Below the pieces are notes generated by a model. It was not told where the DNA came from, ran no database searches, and worked only from the letters and a program-made list of their open reading frames with translations. Positions 12,347-25,043 of a DNA stretch of 64,000 nucleotides are shown in pieces. Numbering within the stretch: position 1 is the first letter of the stretch; each line of letters opens with the position of its first letter. This DNA is from Octopus vulgaris (Eukaryota). The position numbers were made by a program, and so were the translations under genes. The stretch lies in contig OX597817.1 in NCBI GenBank assembly GCA_951406725.2, forward strand, positions 11,718,001 through 11,782,000, written 5' to 3'.

Positions 12347-12623
12347 CTTAAGACATGTGTATATACTAGTATATTGACATTTTCACTAACATTTATTATA
12401 AGGGCGGGTGGCTTGTGCGAGGTGTGTAATAGTTCTCCTTGTTGTATAACACATACACAAGCATAGATTCACCCACACACAACTGATTAAACCGTTTCCA
12501 TTAATTGTCAAGCAGTTTCCTCATCGAACCCAGAGGGACCAATGATAAGACCCTTTTAACCGAACGCAAACTCTCAAGGGAGATCAGTATCACAATACAC
12601 ATTTGCCTGGCGCTCCACCGTTT

Positions 12624-12650
12624 CTGCTGCTGCTGCTGCTACTACTGCTG

Positions 12651-12700
<50 letters not shown>

Positions 12701-12761
12701 GCTGCTGCTACTAATACTACTACAAACGCTGTTGATCCTGCTGCTGCTGCTGCTGCTGCTA

Positions 12762-12793
<32 letters not shown>

Positions 12794-12800
12794 ACTACTA

Positions 12801-12878
<78 letters not shown>

Positions 12879-12945
12879 AGCAGCAGCTACTGCTGCTGCT
12901 GCTGCTGCTGCCAGCGGCGCGCAGCAGCTGCTGCTGCTGCTGCTG

Positions 12946-12979
<34 letters not shown>

Positions 12980-13103
12980 AGCAGCAGCAACAGCAGCTGC
13001 TGCTGCTGCTGCTGCATACAGCACACAACACTGCTGCTGCTGCTGCTGCTGCTGCAGCTGCTGCTGCTGCTGCTGCTACTACGCAGCAGCAGCACAGCAG
13101 CAG

Positions 13104-13134
<31 letters not shown>

Positions 13135-13335
13135 ACTACTGCTGCTGCTACTACTGCTGCTGCTGCTGCTCGCAACAGCACTGCTGCTGCTACTGCTACA
13201 CACACAGCGCACTGCTGCCCCTGCTGCTGCTGCCACACTCACACTACTGCACAGCACACACACACACACCCCCGCACACAACACACACACTACTCACTGC
13301 TGCTGCCACCAACAACAACAACTAACAACAGCAGC

Positions 13336-13367
<32 letters not shown>

Positions 13368-13461
13368 CTGCTGCTCCACCAACAACAACTACAACTACTA
13401 CCACTACTACTACTACTACTGCTGCTGCTACTACTACTACTACTACTACTACTCTGCTGCG

Positions 13462-13493
<32 letters not shown>

Positions 13494-13556
13494 ACTACTA
13501 CTACTACTACTACTGCTGCTGCTACTACTGCTGCACTGCTGCTGCTGCTGCTACTA

Positions 13557-13588
<32 letters not shown>

Positions 13589-13598
13589 ACTACTACTA

Positions 13599-13663
<65 letters not shown>

Positions 13664-13709
13664 GCTGCTGCTACTACTACTACTACTACTACTACTGCTG
13701 CTACTACTA

Positions 13710-13744
<35 letters not shown>

Positions 13745-13784
13745 ACTACTACTACTACTACTACTACTACTGCTGCTGCTACTA

Positions 13785-13849
<65 letters not shown>

Positions 13850-13859
13850 GCTGCTGCTG

Positions 13860-13909
<50 letters not shown>

Positions 13910-13916
13910 GCTGCTG

Positions 13917-13963
<47 letters not shown>

Positions 13964-13964
13964 A

Positions 13965-14059
<95 letters not shown>

Positions 14060-14123
14060 ACTACTACCACTACTACTACTGCTGCTGCTGCTGCTGCTAC
14101 TACTACTACTACTACTACTACTG

Positions 14124-14158
<35 letters not shown>

Positions 14159-14176
14159 GCTACTACTACTGCTGCT
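12624..14176. repeat. 1.55-kb compound (CTG)n/(CTA)n/(CAA)n trinucleotide array
   Basis: Seen directly. Confidence 0.97.
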
Positions 14177-14385
14177 TCCTTTAGCAGCCTAGATACCTAT
14201 CAACTTACCGACAAAATTAAACAAATACCCACTTGGTGGCCCAAACTGCAAAAGATAATAATTCCCTTCCTTCTACTGTTACCTTCAACAGACTTCTACC
14301 CTGCTGCCGTCATTCCCTTCCACCAAAGGTACCCCTGAAAGCAGCTGTTAGGTGGCTATATGAATGGCCCTTATTTTTATATAAT

Positions 14386-14424
<39 letters not shown>

Positions 14425-14665
14425 TTCATTCATTTATTTGCCTTAGCTGAAAACTGATATTGCGAATTTCTAGAAATGTACTAAGTGTGCCGTAGCGCCA
14501 TTATGAAGGATTTAATCGGTGCTAGTACTTACGAGGGCTGAGGTGATGCTACTGCAGTAGTTTTTACAATGATGGTGATGATTAGATGATCGTTGTAGTT
14601 TTGTTCTGGTTGATGGTAACAACGATTGTAAGAACGTGTTGGTTTCTGTTGATGCTGCTAATGAA

Positions 14666-16358
14666 TCTATACATATGAAACTGAGAGGCGGCGAGCTGGC
14701 AGAAACGTTAGCACGCCGGGCGAAATGCGTAGCCGTATTTCGTCGTGTCGTTACGTTCTGTGTTCAAATTCCGCCGAGGTCGACTTTGCCTTTCATCCTT
14801 TCGGGGTCGATAAATTAAGTACCAGTTAAGCACTGGGGTCGATGTAAACGACTTGATCCCTTTGTCTGTCCATGTTTGTCCCCTCTATGTTTAGCCCCTT
14901 GTGGGCAATAAAGAAATATATACATATGAAACTGAAGTTGTCTGTGTTTGTGTGTGTGGCAGGTTCGGTAGCCTTCAACTAACGCTACCTCCTCCGAGAC
15001 CCTGTGACGCAAGTTGACCAAAATTGAGAGTATGATAGAATAAGGCTTGCTCTTTATTACGTAGAAGAAAAAATTCAAATCGGAACATGTTAAGACCAAA
15101 AATTTATTTACATCAAAAAGGTGCTTTTTTCTATGAAAATCCCTATTTTTTACGATTTTTTTGAATCTATACATATGAAACTGAAGTTGTCTGTGTTTGT
15201 GTGTGTGGCAGGTTTGGTAGCCTTCAACTAACGTTACCTCCTCCGAGACCCTGTGGTGCAAGTTGACCAAAATAGAGAGTATGATAGAATAAGGCTTGCT
15301 CTTTATTACGTAGAAGAAAAAATTCAAATCGGAACATGTTAAGACCAAAAATTTATTTACATCAAAAAGGTGCTTTTTTCTATGAAAATCCCTATTTTTT
15401 ACGATTTTTTTGAATCTATACATATGAAACTGAAGTTGTCTGTGTTTGTGTGTGTGGCAGGTTTGGTAGCCTTCAACTAACGTTACCTCCTCCGAGACCC
15501 TGTGGTGCAAGTTGACCAAAATAGAGAGTATGATAGAATAAGGCTTGCTCTTTATTACGTAGAAGAAAAAATTCAAATCGGAACATGTTAAGACCAAAAA
15601 TTTATTTACATCAAAAAGGTGCTTTTTTCTATGAAAATCCCTATTTTTTACGATTTTTTTGAATCTATACATATGAAACTGAAGTTGTCTGTGTTTGTGT
15701 GTGTGGCAGGTTTGGTAGCCTTCAACTAACGTTACCTCCTCCGAGACCCTGTGGCGCAAGTTGACCAAAATTGAGAGTATGATAGAATAAGGCTTGCTCT
15801 TTATTACGTAGAAGAAAAAATTCAAATCGGAACATGTTAAGACCAAAAATTTATTTACATCAAAAAGGTGCTTTTTTCTATGAAAATCCCTATTTTTTAC
15901 GATTTTTTTTAATCTATACATATGAAACTGAAGTTGTCTGTGTTTGTGTGTGTGGCAGGTTTGGTAGCCTTCAACTAACGCTACCTCCTCCGAGACCCTG
16001 TGGCGCAAGTTGACCAAAATAGAGAGTATGATAGAAGAAGGCTTGCTCTTTATTACGTAGAAGACAAAATTCAAATCGGAACATGTTAAGACCAAAAATT
16101 TATTTACATCAAAAAGGTGTTTTTTTCTATGAAAATCCCTATTTTTTACGATTTTTTTGACTGCTGTGTCGCCATTTTTTGGTGTACTTCAACCAGAAAA
16201 ATGTTCACTTAAAGAGAATAACAAGCTACATAATGCAAAATTTTTACTTTTCAAAAAAGATTGAAACTATGTCAAAACTTTGTTAACGCGACATCAAAGT
16301 CTGCCGTTTTAAGCGCAACTAAAAAACAAACTCGGGCAACGCCGGGTTATACTGCTAG
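14666..16358 (+). mobile_element. Non-autonomous Helitron with five tandem copies of its 5' 249 bp
   Basis: A|TCTATACATATG 5' end; 3' hairpin CTCGGGCAACGCCGGG followed by CTAG|T; no TSD; units start at 14666 (SINE-interrupted), 15166, 15415, 15664 and 15913. Confidence 0.8.
14686..14918 (+). mobile_element. SINE-B inserted in the Helitron 5' end
   Basis: 17-bp TSD TATACATATGAAACTGA at 14668-14684 and 14919-14935. Confidence 0.92.
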
Positions 16359-17378
16359 TTTTTTGCGTAAGGGATGAAGGTTGTGGCAGTGGTGCTGGTG
16401 ATGTTCACCGAATTAGACAATGACAAAAGAAGTAAATAATTGTAACAGTAATTATGGTAATAATAATTATTAAAGTATTGCTAGTGATGTTACAGATAGA
16501 AGAGATGTTGATGAGGGTGTTCATAATGGTGTTAGGGAAAATGTTTTTTTAATAATTGACGTGCGGTTGTTAAAACACGCGTCAGTCCTAATGAAGCATT
16601 TGAGCCTTAACCGTCCCTTTTATTTTATTTTCATGCATAGTGTATCTTCTTTCTTTAATTCCGCACATGCCGTGCCAAAAACTAATCAGTCATTGCCCGG
16701 GTTTTGTACCATTTTGACTTTTCTGTGAAAAGAAGCTCCAAATACCTTGCTCAACAACCATTCGATCCTGGAGAAAGAGACTCGGTGAGTGGTTTCTACA
16801 AACACTATCTCCGTTTATGCTTTCTGGGAGAAGGACTTTTAGCTCTGTTGTGTAAGCCTGTATAGGCTCGTGGACCTGTGTTGGGAGCGGCAAACTCAAG
16901 GGCTGACCCGGGCGGCACACTCTCTAGCTACGCGGCTGTCTTCAATCGTTTCCGCAGCGCAGTGTCACTGTTTCAATGGTAGTAAGAGAGAAAAAAGAGA
17001 AAGAATCAGAGAAATATAGGGAGAAAGAGAAAGAGGGAGAGAGAGATAGAGAAAGAGATAGAGTGAGAGAGAGAAATACAGAGAGAAAGAAAGAGTGAGT
17101 GGGAAAAGAGAGAGAGAGAGACAGAGAGAGAGAGAAGAATCGACGTAACTATTTAACTGGATCTCAATATTTATCGATTCCGCGAAGGCGAAAGCAAAAC
17201 TTGAATAGGTACAAATATGAAAAAAAAATTATTAGAAATACCCGCTGTATTGGGAAAATGAAACACAACGCAAGTGAATATGAATGCAACTTCACCTTGA
17301 AAAGAAAATAAGCCGATTCATTCGACTAAATCCTAAAGGCCGTACTGCAGCATAGCCGCATTCTAATGACGGGTGCAA

Positions 17379-17427
<49 letters not shown>

Positions 17428-17439
17428 TAAATGAAATAA

Positions 17440-17675
17440 AACATATGCATATATATAAACATATATGTACGTACCTACCTCTACATGTATATATACACGC
17501 ATATATGAGTACAGGACACCAAAGGGACGTCGAACACAAAGAGAAACGAAAACATAGACACAAACCAAAGGAACTGGACATTTTTTTAAAAACAACAAAA
17601 AATGGAGTACAGGACAATTAACACAACGAAAAAACCCCTTCTTCAGTCTCTAAGGTTTCATCTACTCTACGTTTC
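17440..17675 (-). mobile_element. Short Penelope-LTR-like dispersed repeat (candidate)
   Basis: Inserted in (TA)n; GAAACG...CTGAAGAAG motifs on the minus strand; left part recurs inverted near 46240-46290. Confidence 0.35.
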
Positions 17676-17921
17676 TGAAACTGAAAGAAGCCCGTCGTAT
17701 ATATATGTATATATATATGCGTGTGTGTGTTTGTGTGTCTGTGTTTGTACCCTAGCATTGCATGACAACCGATGCTGGTGTGTTTATGTCCCCGTTACTT
17801 AGCGGTTCGGCAAAAGAGACCGATAGAATAAGTACTGGGCTTACAAAAGAATAAGTCCCGGGGTCGAGTTGCTCGATTAAAAAGGCGGTGCTCCAGCATG
17901 GCCGCAGTCAAATGACTGAAA

Positions 17922-17922
<1 letters not shown>
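17676..17922 (+). mobile_element. SINE-A, 5'-truncated
   Basis: GAAACTGAAAGAAGCCCG through AATGACTGAAAC. Confidence 0.88.
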
Positions 17923-17964
<42 letters not shown>

Positions 17965-18728
17965 CTTTTCTATGATCAATGTTTAATGAAAAAAATGATA
18001 ATAGTATGTTGAAGTCTAGAAATATTGATTTGAAACTCTTCTCGTTCCCCTTTGAATGTACAGTGAAATGTATTTCATAACGAACTGCCCCCAGAGTGAC
18101 ACATGTGAAGTTCAAAGTGTACTAAAGTTTGTCCAGACTTTTGCTGACATTCAGTGATTGCTGGTACCGAGCACATTGTAAACAGTACGCCTAGCCCTAC
18201 CCCTAACGTAATTTCAAACTCAACACTTTTATGTGATGATATGTTTTGTCAATATTAGGGATTTGCTTTACGTCGTCTAAGTTTGTGCGTCTCTTCCGTT
18301 CGATCAGACAACGCCCGTAACGTTTAGCTTCCAATCTACAAAGAAAATAAAACTGGAACAAACGGAGTGAAGTTGAGACCCGTATTGTCTATTTTTTAAA
18401 CTGTTTTTATATATTCCTTTGACCTACCGAAGGTCAGTAATTGTAAGATAAACATGATCGAAGAAAGGGTACTCGGTGCTCTTGTTTGTTAATTCCCTAA
18501 ACTTTGCTTTGCTTTATTTCCGAGACGTTACACTAAATATTGATTTCTTTCAGAGATATAAGGCTTCTTAAAAATTGATAGTTATGTTTCTTCAAGCACT
18601 ATCAAAAATACCTTTTATCGAGTTAATTGAATGTAAATGAATATAACCGGGATTTAAATAAATTCGGAGACATATTTTATGAATTCATCTCGCCATAAGC
18701 GGAGCCATCATATGGCAATAACGTCATG

Positions 18729-20741
18729 CAGGGCTGGATTTATAGTGGGGAGAAGGGGGAAATTAACCTGGGTATCTAGATATTTGGGACCCCTGCTACG
18801 AATGGTATATAGCACTCAATACAGGATGCCCCCATATTCCAGCAATCAGGCATGACGAGGCGTTCTTTCAATATACAAAGGTGTATTCGTTTCTTAAAAA
18901 AATGTAATGGATTCTCTCTTTTATGATAAATAATCATAGATTTTGCCACCTAAGAGGCACCAATGAATTCAATTAAATGCTTTTGGGACAATGACAGAGA
19001 CAAGAGAAACAGCAGAATATTCCTGAAAATGTATATATGCATGTATGTATGCATGTATGTATGTGTGTATGTATGCATGTATGTATGTGTGTATGTATAC
19101 ATACATATGTATGCATGTAAAATGTATGTATGCATGTATGTACTTATCTCTGTGTGTGTGTGCGTGTGTGTGTAAGTATGAACCCATATAAGGATAAAGA
19201 GATTGATAGAAAAATGTTATTGTCTCTAGGCCAAATTCCTTCTTTCAACGCATGACTGATCTTGATCTTGGTTTGACCTATAGCAATTAAAGGCGCGTGC
19301 AAGCCATGCAAAACACACACACACACACACACTTCTACTTCTAAAGCTATTTCCGTGATTTCTTTATTTGCTAAAGAAATATATATTTCTTTATTGCACA
19401 CAAGGGGCTAAACATAGAGGGGACAAACAAAGACAGACAAAGGGATTAAGTCGATTACATCGACTTCAGTGCGTAACCGGTACTTTATTTATCGATCCCG
19501 AAAGGATGAAAGGCAAAGTTGACCTCGGCGGAATTTGAACGCAGAACGTAACGGCAGACGTAATACGGCTACGCATTTCGCCCGGCGTGCTAACGATTCT
19601 GCCAGCTCGCCGCCTTATCTAAACCTATTTCAGTGAGGTATTGGAAACTGTTCTTATTTTATGAAGCAAGGAAGTGTGTTTCAAAATTTAAATTTTGAAT
19701 TTAGTTTTCATTATATAATTGCATCTCTCAACAGCTAAAAGCATTCTGTTTCGGTTTTAGAATTATTGCAAATATATTCCGATATCTCATTAAATCTAAC
19801 TTTTTTCTTTCGTATTTTTTCCTATATTTTTTTGTCATTCTGTCAAAAACTTGGAATTATTATATGGGAGTGGGTCAAAATTGGCAACTGGGTCAAAATG
19901 GATAATTTCCTGTTATTTTCTCACATTTTGTACCATTGCGCCATCTTTGGGAGTAAAAGATGGTCAGTATAAGTTACGTTGGTAGTAAAAATTAGTCAGT
20001 ATAGTTTACATAGTTGTTGCTGAAGTTGAAAGTTTGAAATATAGGTGAATTCACAAGAAATTTTCCCTCAAATTTAACCCGATTTTAATTGATGCACCAA
20101 ATAAAATATCTGGATAATTCTAGGTGAAGAAACTATATTGAAGAAGCTATAGAGAATATTTTATGTTCAGTTTTTAGTTTTAATTGAGTTTTATTAATTT
20201 CATATTATGTGTTATTTTTCGTGATCCTCTTTCATTTGAGTTATATTAAATTTTGTTGCATTTTTGATCTTCCTGATGTCTAAGGATGGACATTTATGAG
20301 TATGAGTCATTTTTCAAATCAAATTCTGGAGAAATGGAAAAGCAAATTTACCTCATCTTGTTCTACCCATTCTGCCTCACCTAAATTTTTCTTTTACATG
20401 CTCGAAGGGAACAGTGATAATTTTCTGAAAGAGTATTCTGAATAATTTATAGCCTTTACTGTATTTAGAGAAGGCCTTTACTTGGCTGATATAGTATTGA
20501 CAAATATATTTTCTTCGAAGTGAAAAAAGCAATAAATATTACTCATTGTACTCCACCCACCCCTACTGGAAACTGGAAAAGAAAACTTTCGGAAATAGCT
20601 GTTTGAATATTCCCGTTTTTGTCAGGATCTCTCTACCACCTGCCTTTTTTTCCCCACGCATTGCAAAACAACGAAGGGAAGCCGTTTTAAAAGAGGAATT
20701 TTTAAAATCCATGTCTTTTAAATGTTGACGTCTCCACCCCC

Positions 20742-20818
<77 letters not shown>

Positions 20819-21210
20819 ATCATGCAAAACCACAAAAATAAGTTTTTTTCTTTTTCGTAATTTTCTGTCATATCTTATTCTACATTTCGAAACATTTGTA
20901 ACTCGCATTAAAAGAAAGAAATCTGACACTCACTCTTCCATCCATAATTGTTCTTTTCACAATGAAGGAAAAGTCAAGCACCGCAAGTGGATGTGTAAAA
21001 AATGAAACTTGAATTTTTAAAAAGTGTATCTATAAAGCGATATTTCCAGTCATTTATTTGAAAACTTCTCTGCTAACTCATCAAATTCAATTATTTGAAA
21101 TAGGTTTTAAGAATTAAATTTTGTAATTTTCTAAGATTTTAATTCTTGTGTATAAGGGGCCTACAGAACTTGGAGTGCCCTAGCCCCGCCATGATTTAAA
21201 TCTGGTCCTA
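18729..21210. mobile_element. Old hAT-like non-autonomous element with nested insertions
   Basis: Termini CAGGGCTGGATTTA and TAAATCTGGTCCTA are degenerate inverted repeats; flanks ACGTCATG and GCGTTATG resemble a decayed 8-bp TSD. Confidence 0.5.
19385..19616 (-). mobile_element. SINE-B
   Basis: Full reverse-complement copy. Confidence 0.9.
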
Positions 21211-21582
21211 GCGTTATGTTCATGCTTTAATGATATGATAACATACACACAAACACACATATAACATACACACGCACACATACACATATATATTTCGCTT
21301 TTGTATTTGCTTTGCAAAATTCTTTATGTGAATCCACACTCCACACACACTCCACACACACTCCACACACACAAGCACACATAAGGAGACACATCAATAC
21401 ACAACGGGCGCATGTACATAGTCACACAAACCCATACACATAAACACATTCAAATACGCACACACAAGGAGACAGACATACACAAATACACACACACACA
21501 CACACACACAGAGAAACACACGAACATGAACAGGCAAACACATGAATATACAGAATACATTCATACAAACGTACACACACGA

Positions 21583-21778
21583 TACATACATACATACATA
21601 CATACATACATACATACATACATACATACATACATACATACATACATACATCATACATACATACATACATACATACATACATACATACATACATACATAC
21701 ATAAATTCATACATACATATATATATATATATATATACATACATATATATATCATACATACATACATACATACATACA

Positions 21779-21838
<60 letters not shown>
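21583..21838. repeat. (TACA)n/(TA)n compound microsatellite
   Basis: Seen directly. Confidence 0.95.
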
Positions 21839-21842
<4 letters not shown>

Positions 21843-21844
21843 AA

Positions 21845-22155
21845 TGTAAAAAAATACAAACTGGGACAAGAACGTGAAACATTTAGAAGACGATACAAAA
21901 GACACGGACGGGACATTTGAAGCCTTCAATCTTCAATCAAGAACCGGATCATCTTCGCAATTTCGGCTGATTAATCTTGAGATTGCTCTGATCTGGCCAG
22001 CCCCAAAGGAAAATCTAAGCCAAGCGCATTAGATTCCTTGGAAGAAAGCCTCGAATGTATACAAAACAAGGACGGAAAAACGGACGATGTTACACGAATA
22101 AAAATACAAAATACGTAAAACAATAATGATAGCACGAATAAGAATACAAAAAAAA
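21845..22155 (-). mobile_element. Penelope-LTR-like dispersed repeat (candidate)
   Basis: Inserted at (TA)n; minus strand carries CTCAAGA...CCGAAA and TTGAAGA...TTCAAA motifs. Confidence 0.3.
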
Positions 22156-22160
22156 TATAT

Positions 22161-22530
22161 GAGTGGCTGTGTGGTAAGTAGCTTGCTAACCAACCACATG
22201 GTTCCGGGTTCAGTCCCACTGCGTGGCACCTTGGGCAAGTGTCTTCTGCTATAGCCCCGGGCCGACCAATGCCTTGTGAGTGGATTTGGTAGACGGAAAC
22301 TGAAAGAAGCCTGTCGTATATATGTATATATATATGCGTATGTGTGTGTATTTGTGTGTCTGTGTTTGTTCCCCTAGCATTGCTTGACAACCGATGCTGG
22401 TGTGCTTATGTCCCCGTTACTTGGCGGTTCGGCAAAAGAGACCGATAGAATAAGTACTAAAGGCGGTGCCCCAGCATGGCCGCAGTCAAATGACTGAAAC
22501 AAGTAAAAGAGTAAAAGAGAGAGTAAAGAG
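22161..22530 (+). mobile_element. SINE-A
   Basis: Matches consensus, with an internal deletion in the 3' half. Confidence 0.9.
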
Positions 22531-22910
22531 TATATATGCATACACGCACACAGACACACGTATACATACATATGTGTATACACAAGCACACTGACGCACA
22601 CACATACACACAAGTAAAGAACGCAGCTCCGATAACCAACGGTGTCAGCAACTGTTGAAGAGGTTGCAAGAAGCAACAGAGAGAAAGAATTAATACATGA
22701 GCAGAAATTGAACCGATGAGTGTGTTAATTAATAAAGCATAAAACAGGACTCTCCTCAGACACAAAAAAATATATATATTCAAATTTCGATATATGTAAA
22801 CAAACAATGAGATATAGATAAGGAAATAGATTATTCACCAACGCAGAAATGCTGATAGAACCGTAGGAACAATATAAAATGTCCATATTTTGCAGAAAAA
22901 TTTGTGGGCA

Positions 22911-22982
22911 ACCAGCCATGAGGGACGAGCTCATAGCCCTTTGATTACCAGTCAAGTGCTTTACCAATTAAGCTAAACTGCC
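22911..22982 (-). pseudogene. tRNA-Thr(GGT)-like relic
   Basis: GGCAGTT TA GCTT AATTGGTA AAGC A CTTGA CTGGTAA TCAAA GGGCT ATGAG CTCGTCC CTCAT GGCTGGT: D and T stems pair fully; acceptor stem and T loop are degenerate. Confidence 0.6.
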
Positions 22983-23897
22983 TACTGACAAATTAATCCG
23001 TAATTTTTTAACTTATGAACCTAGCATATAAGACGCTGGAAGTTAATTTCAAATTACGATAAATGTAAACACACAATGTTTGCTTTTAGAAGCACTGAGA
23101 TGCATTGTAAGATACAGATAAGGAAATAATTTATGTATAAATGTATGTATGTTTATGTTATTGATAACACCTAGAAGAAGGTGATTTTTTCCACTGACCA
23201 AAGTGAATGCAGCTTTGGCCAGGAGGAACAGATGTCATCAGACAGATTGCTATTTCCAGCACGTTGAGCGACTACATAGAAACTCCTTTGTTACTCTTTG
23301 AGACCAGCCGACATACATCGATATCACTGTGCATTAGACTAAACATAACAAAGCAGTGATACAGCAAGCAGGCCGGTCGATACTCTCGTCCGCCAGAAAA
23401 CATCTTTCTTATAATTTCTGTTTGATAGGCGGTTGATGTAAGAGGCGGTGTGATGTATAAGTTACGTGAGAGAAAAAAAACAAGCAGTGTTTCGGTTACA
23501 TATACGGATATTCTTACGTAAAGACTTTTATACTAAGGTTTAGTGAAGTTCTTGTCCTGTGTAAGATATAGAAACTGGCAACTTGGTTTGCCATTTCTTT
23601 ACCGCAACTCAACAACTTTCAACACATACAACTTTCTTAATGGTGATGATTCGCAAGTAAACCCTGATGAGGCAGACCATTGAGTAGAAACGTCTGATTA
23701 TTTTGCCGATTCTTCGTCTTTTTTTTCTCAGGCGTAGTGTATCACATAACCTAAAGTTTTTTCACTTTTTAAGACGGTAGTGTATGTGATGTTGAAAAGA
23801 CTCGTATTTTAATTGATAGAGTAACCAGGTAGAATACACCTTATTAGTTCCTAATAACTGAGGTTAATTTCTTCTTGTTGCTTAATACTACAGATGG

Positions 23898-24323
23898 GGA
23901 TCTTTTCGGTTTGAACGGCAGTTTTTAACATAATTTCTAGGTAACTAAAAAATTTTAAACTTCATATACTGGTAGAATGTGTTTATAAAACATCTTTTTC
24001 TCTTTTCTTTATTGAGAAAATTTCATAGTTTGTAAGATATTTGTTGTTTTTTTTTCTTCAATTTCTGCAATTTCAACCAATCAGTGACGTCTATTGAGTT
24101 AAAAAGCATTCTGTGCCGTATGAATATGTCCCTCGTTTAAAAAACAGATTGGGTTTATTTACATTTGTGAAGAAAAAAGATACCCTTCCCCCATCCCTAA
24201 CCCTAACTAACCCTAACCCTAAAAGAGATTGAAATGCAATAGATCGATACTAGGGTCATAATTATGGGTGACAATTTCATATGACACCGCTAGAAAAAAC
24301 TGCCGTTCAAACCGGAAAGATCC
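23898..24323. mobile_element. MITE with ~29-bp TIRs and 8-bp TSD (Merlin- or hAT-type)
   Basis: GGATCTTTTCGGTTTGAACGGCAGTTTTT...AAAAACTGCCGTTCAAACCGGAAAGATCC; TSD ACAGATGG at 23890-23897 and 24324-24331; internal CCCTAA repeats. Confidence 0.9.
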
Positions 24324-25043
24324 ACAGATGGTACTGATCAAGCAGATCTATAACCAAAAGTGTCATCAAACTATGACTAATCTGACTTATATATCTATGA
24401 CAACTTTATTCGATGTATAATCTCTTTTCTAAAGACGATGCAGTTTTAATTTGGCTGCTATTTCTAGCAGGACAATAGATCACATAGAGGCTCCCTCGTT
24501 TCTTGTTTCTCATTGGGATAAGGTTTCAAATTATAGGAGGGAAGAACAGATATTTCAATCTACTGATGAATATAACTGCTACTTATGTTTTTAATCTCCA
24601 GAAGATGAAAGGTAAATTAACTAAGGAGTAACTTGCAAACTCAATTTCTTGAGTGTGTATAATATTAAAAATCTTGAACACGCTTAATGAAACTTGATCG
24701 ACGTTTTGGCTTGTTTTACATGGGGGGTAGCATTAATAAGCTATAAAGTTATTATTTCATCCTGGGATTAGCATAAAAAAGAAAAAAAGTAAAAACAAAG
24801 AAAAAAGAACCACATTTTGAGTTCTGTAAAGAACACGTTAAAGATTCAGCAAATGCAAATCCGAATCTGTTGGAAGATATTTAAAGTAGCTTATATTACA
24901 TTTGCTTTTAAGAAAGCTACAAACGTATCAAAATTCCTTCTCCAACTTCTGCAGATCAAAGGAATTTCCTTCACTTAAAGCCATAATAAATTATAGATGT
25001 TCAATATATATTTCAACCATAAAATATTTGATTAGCTTGCATA

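Noticed and set aside
12603-14070. Poly-Ala/Gln/Val/Cys ORFs
   Set aside because: Translations of trinucleotide arrays; no splice context or unique coding flank
14815-16095. 426-aa ORF with 83-aa repeats as a protein-coding gene
   Set aside because: Antisense by-product of a 249-bp (3n) tandem unit; non-ATG start, runs into a SINE, no recognisable domain
14919-16160. CRISPR-like array
   Set aside because: Units are contiguous and near-identical with no unique spacers; eukaryotic context, no cas genes
16880-16938. hAT-type end CTAGCTACGCGGCTG
   Set aside because: No matching left terminus or TSD found, so boundaries cannot be given
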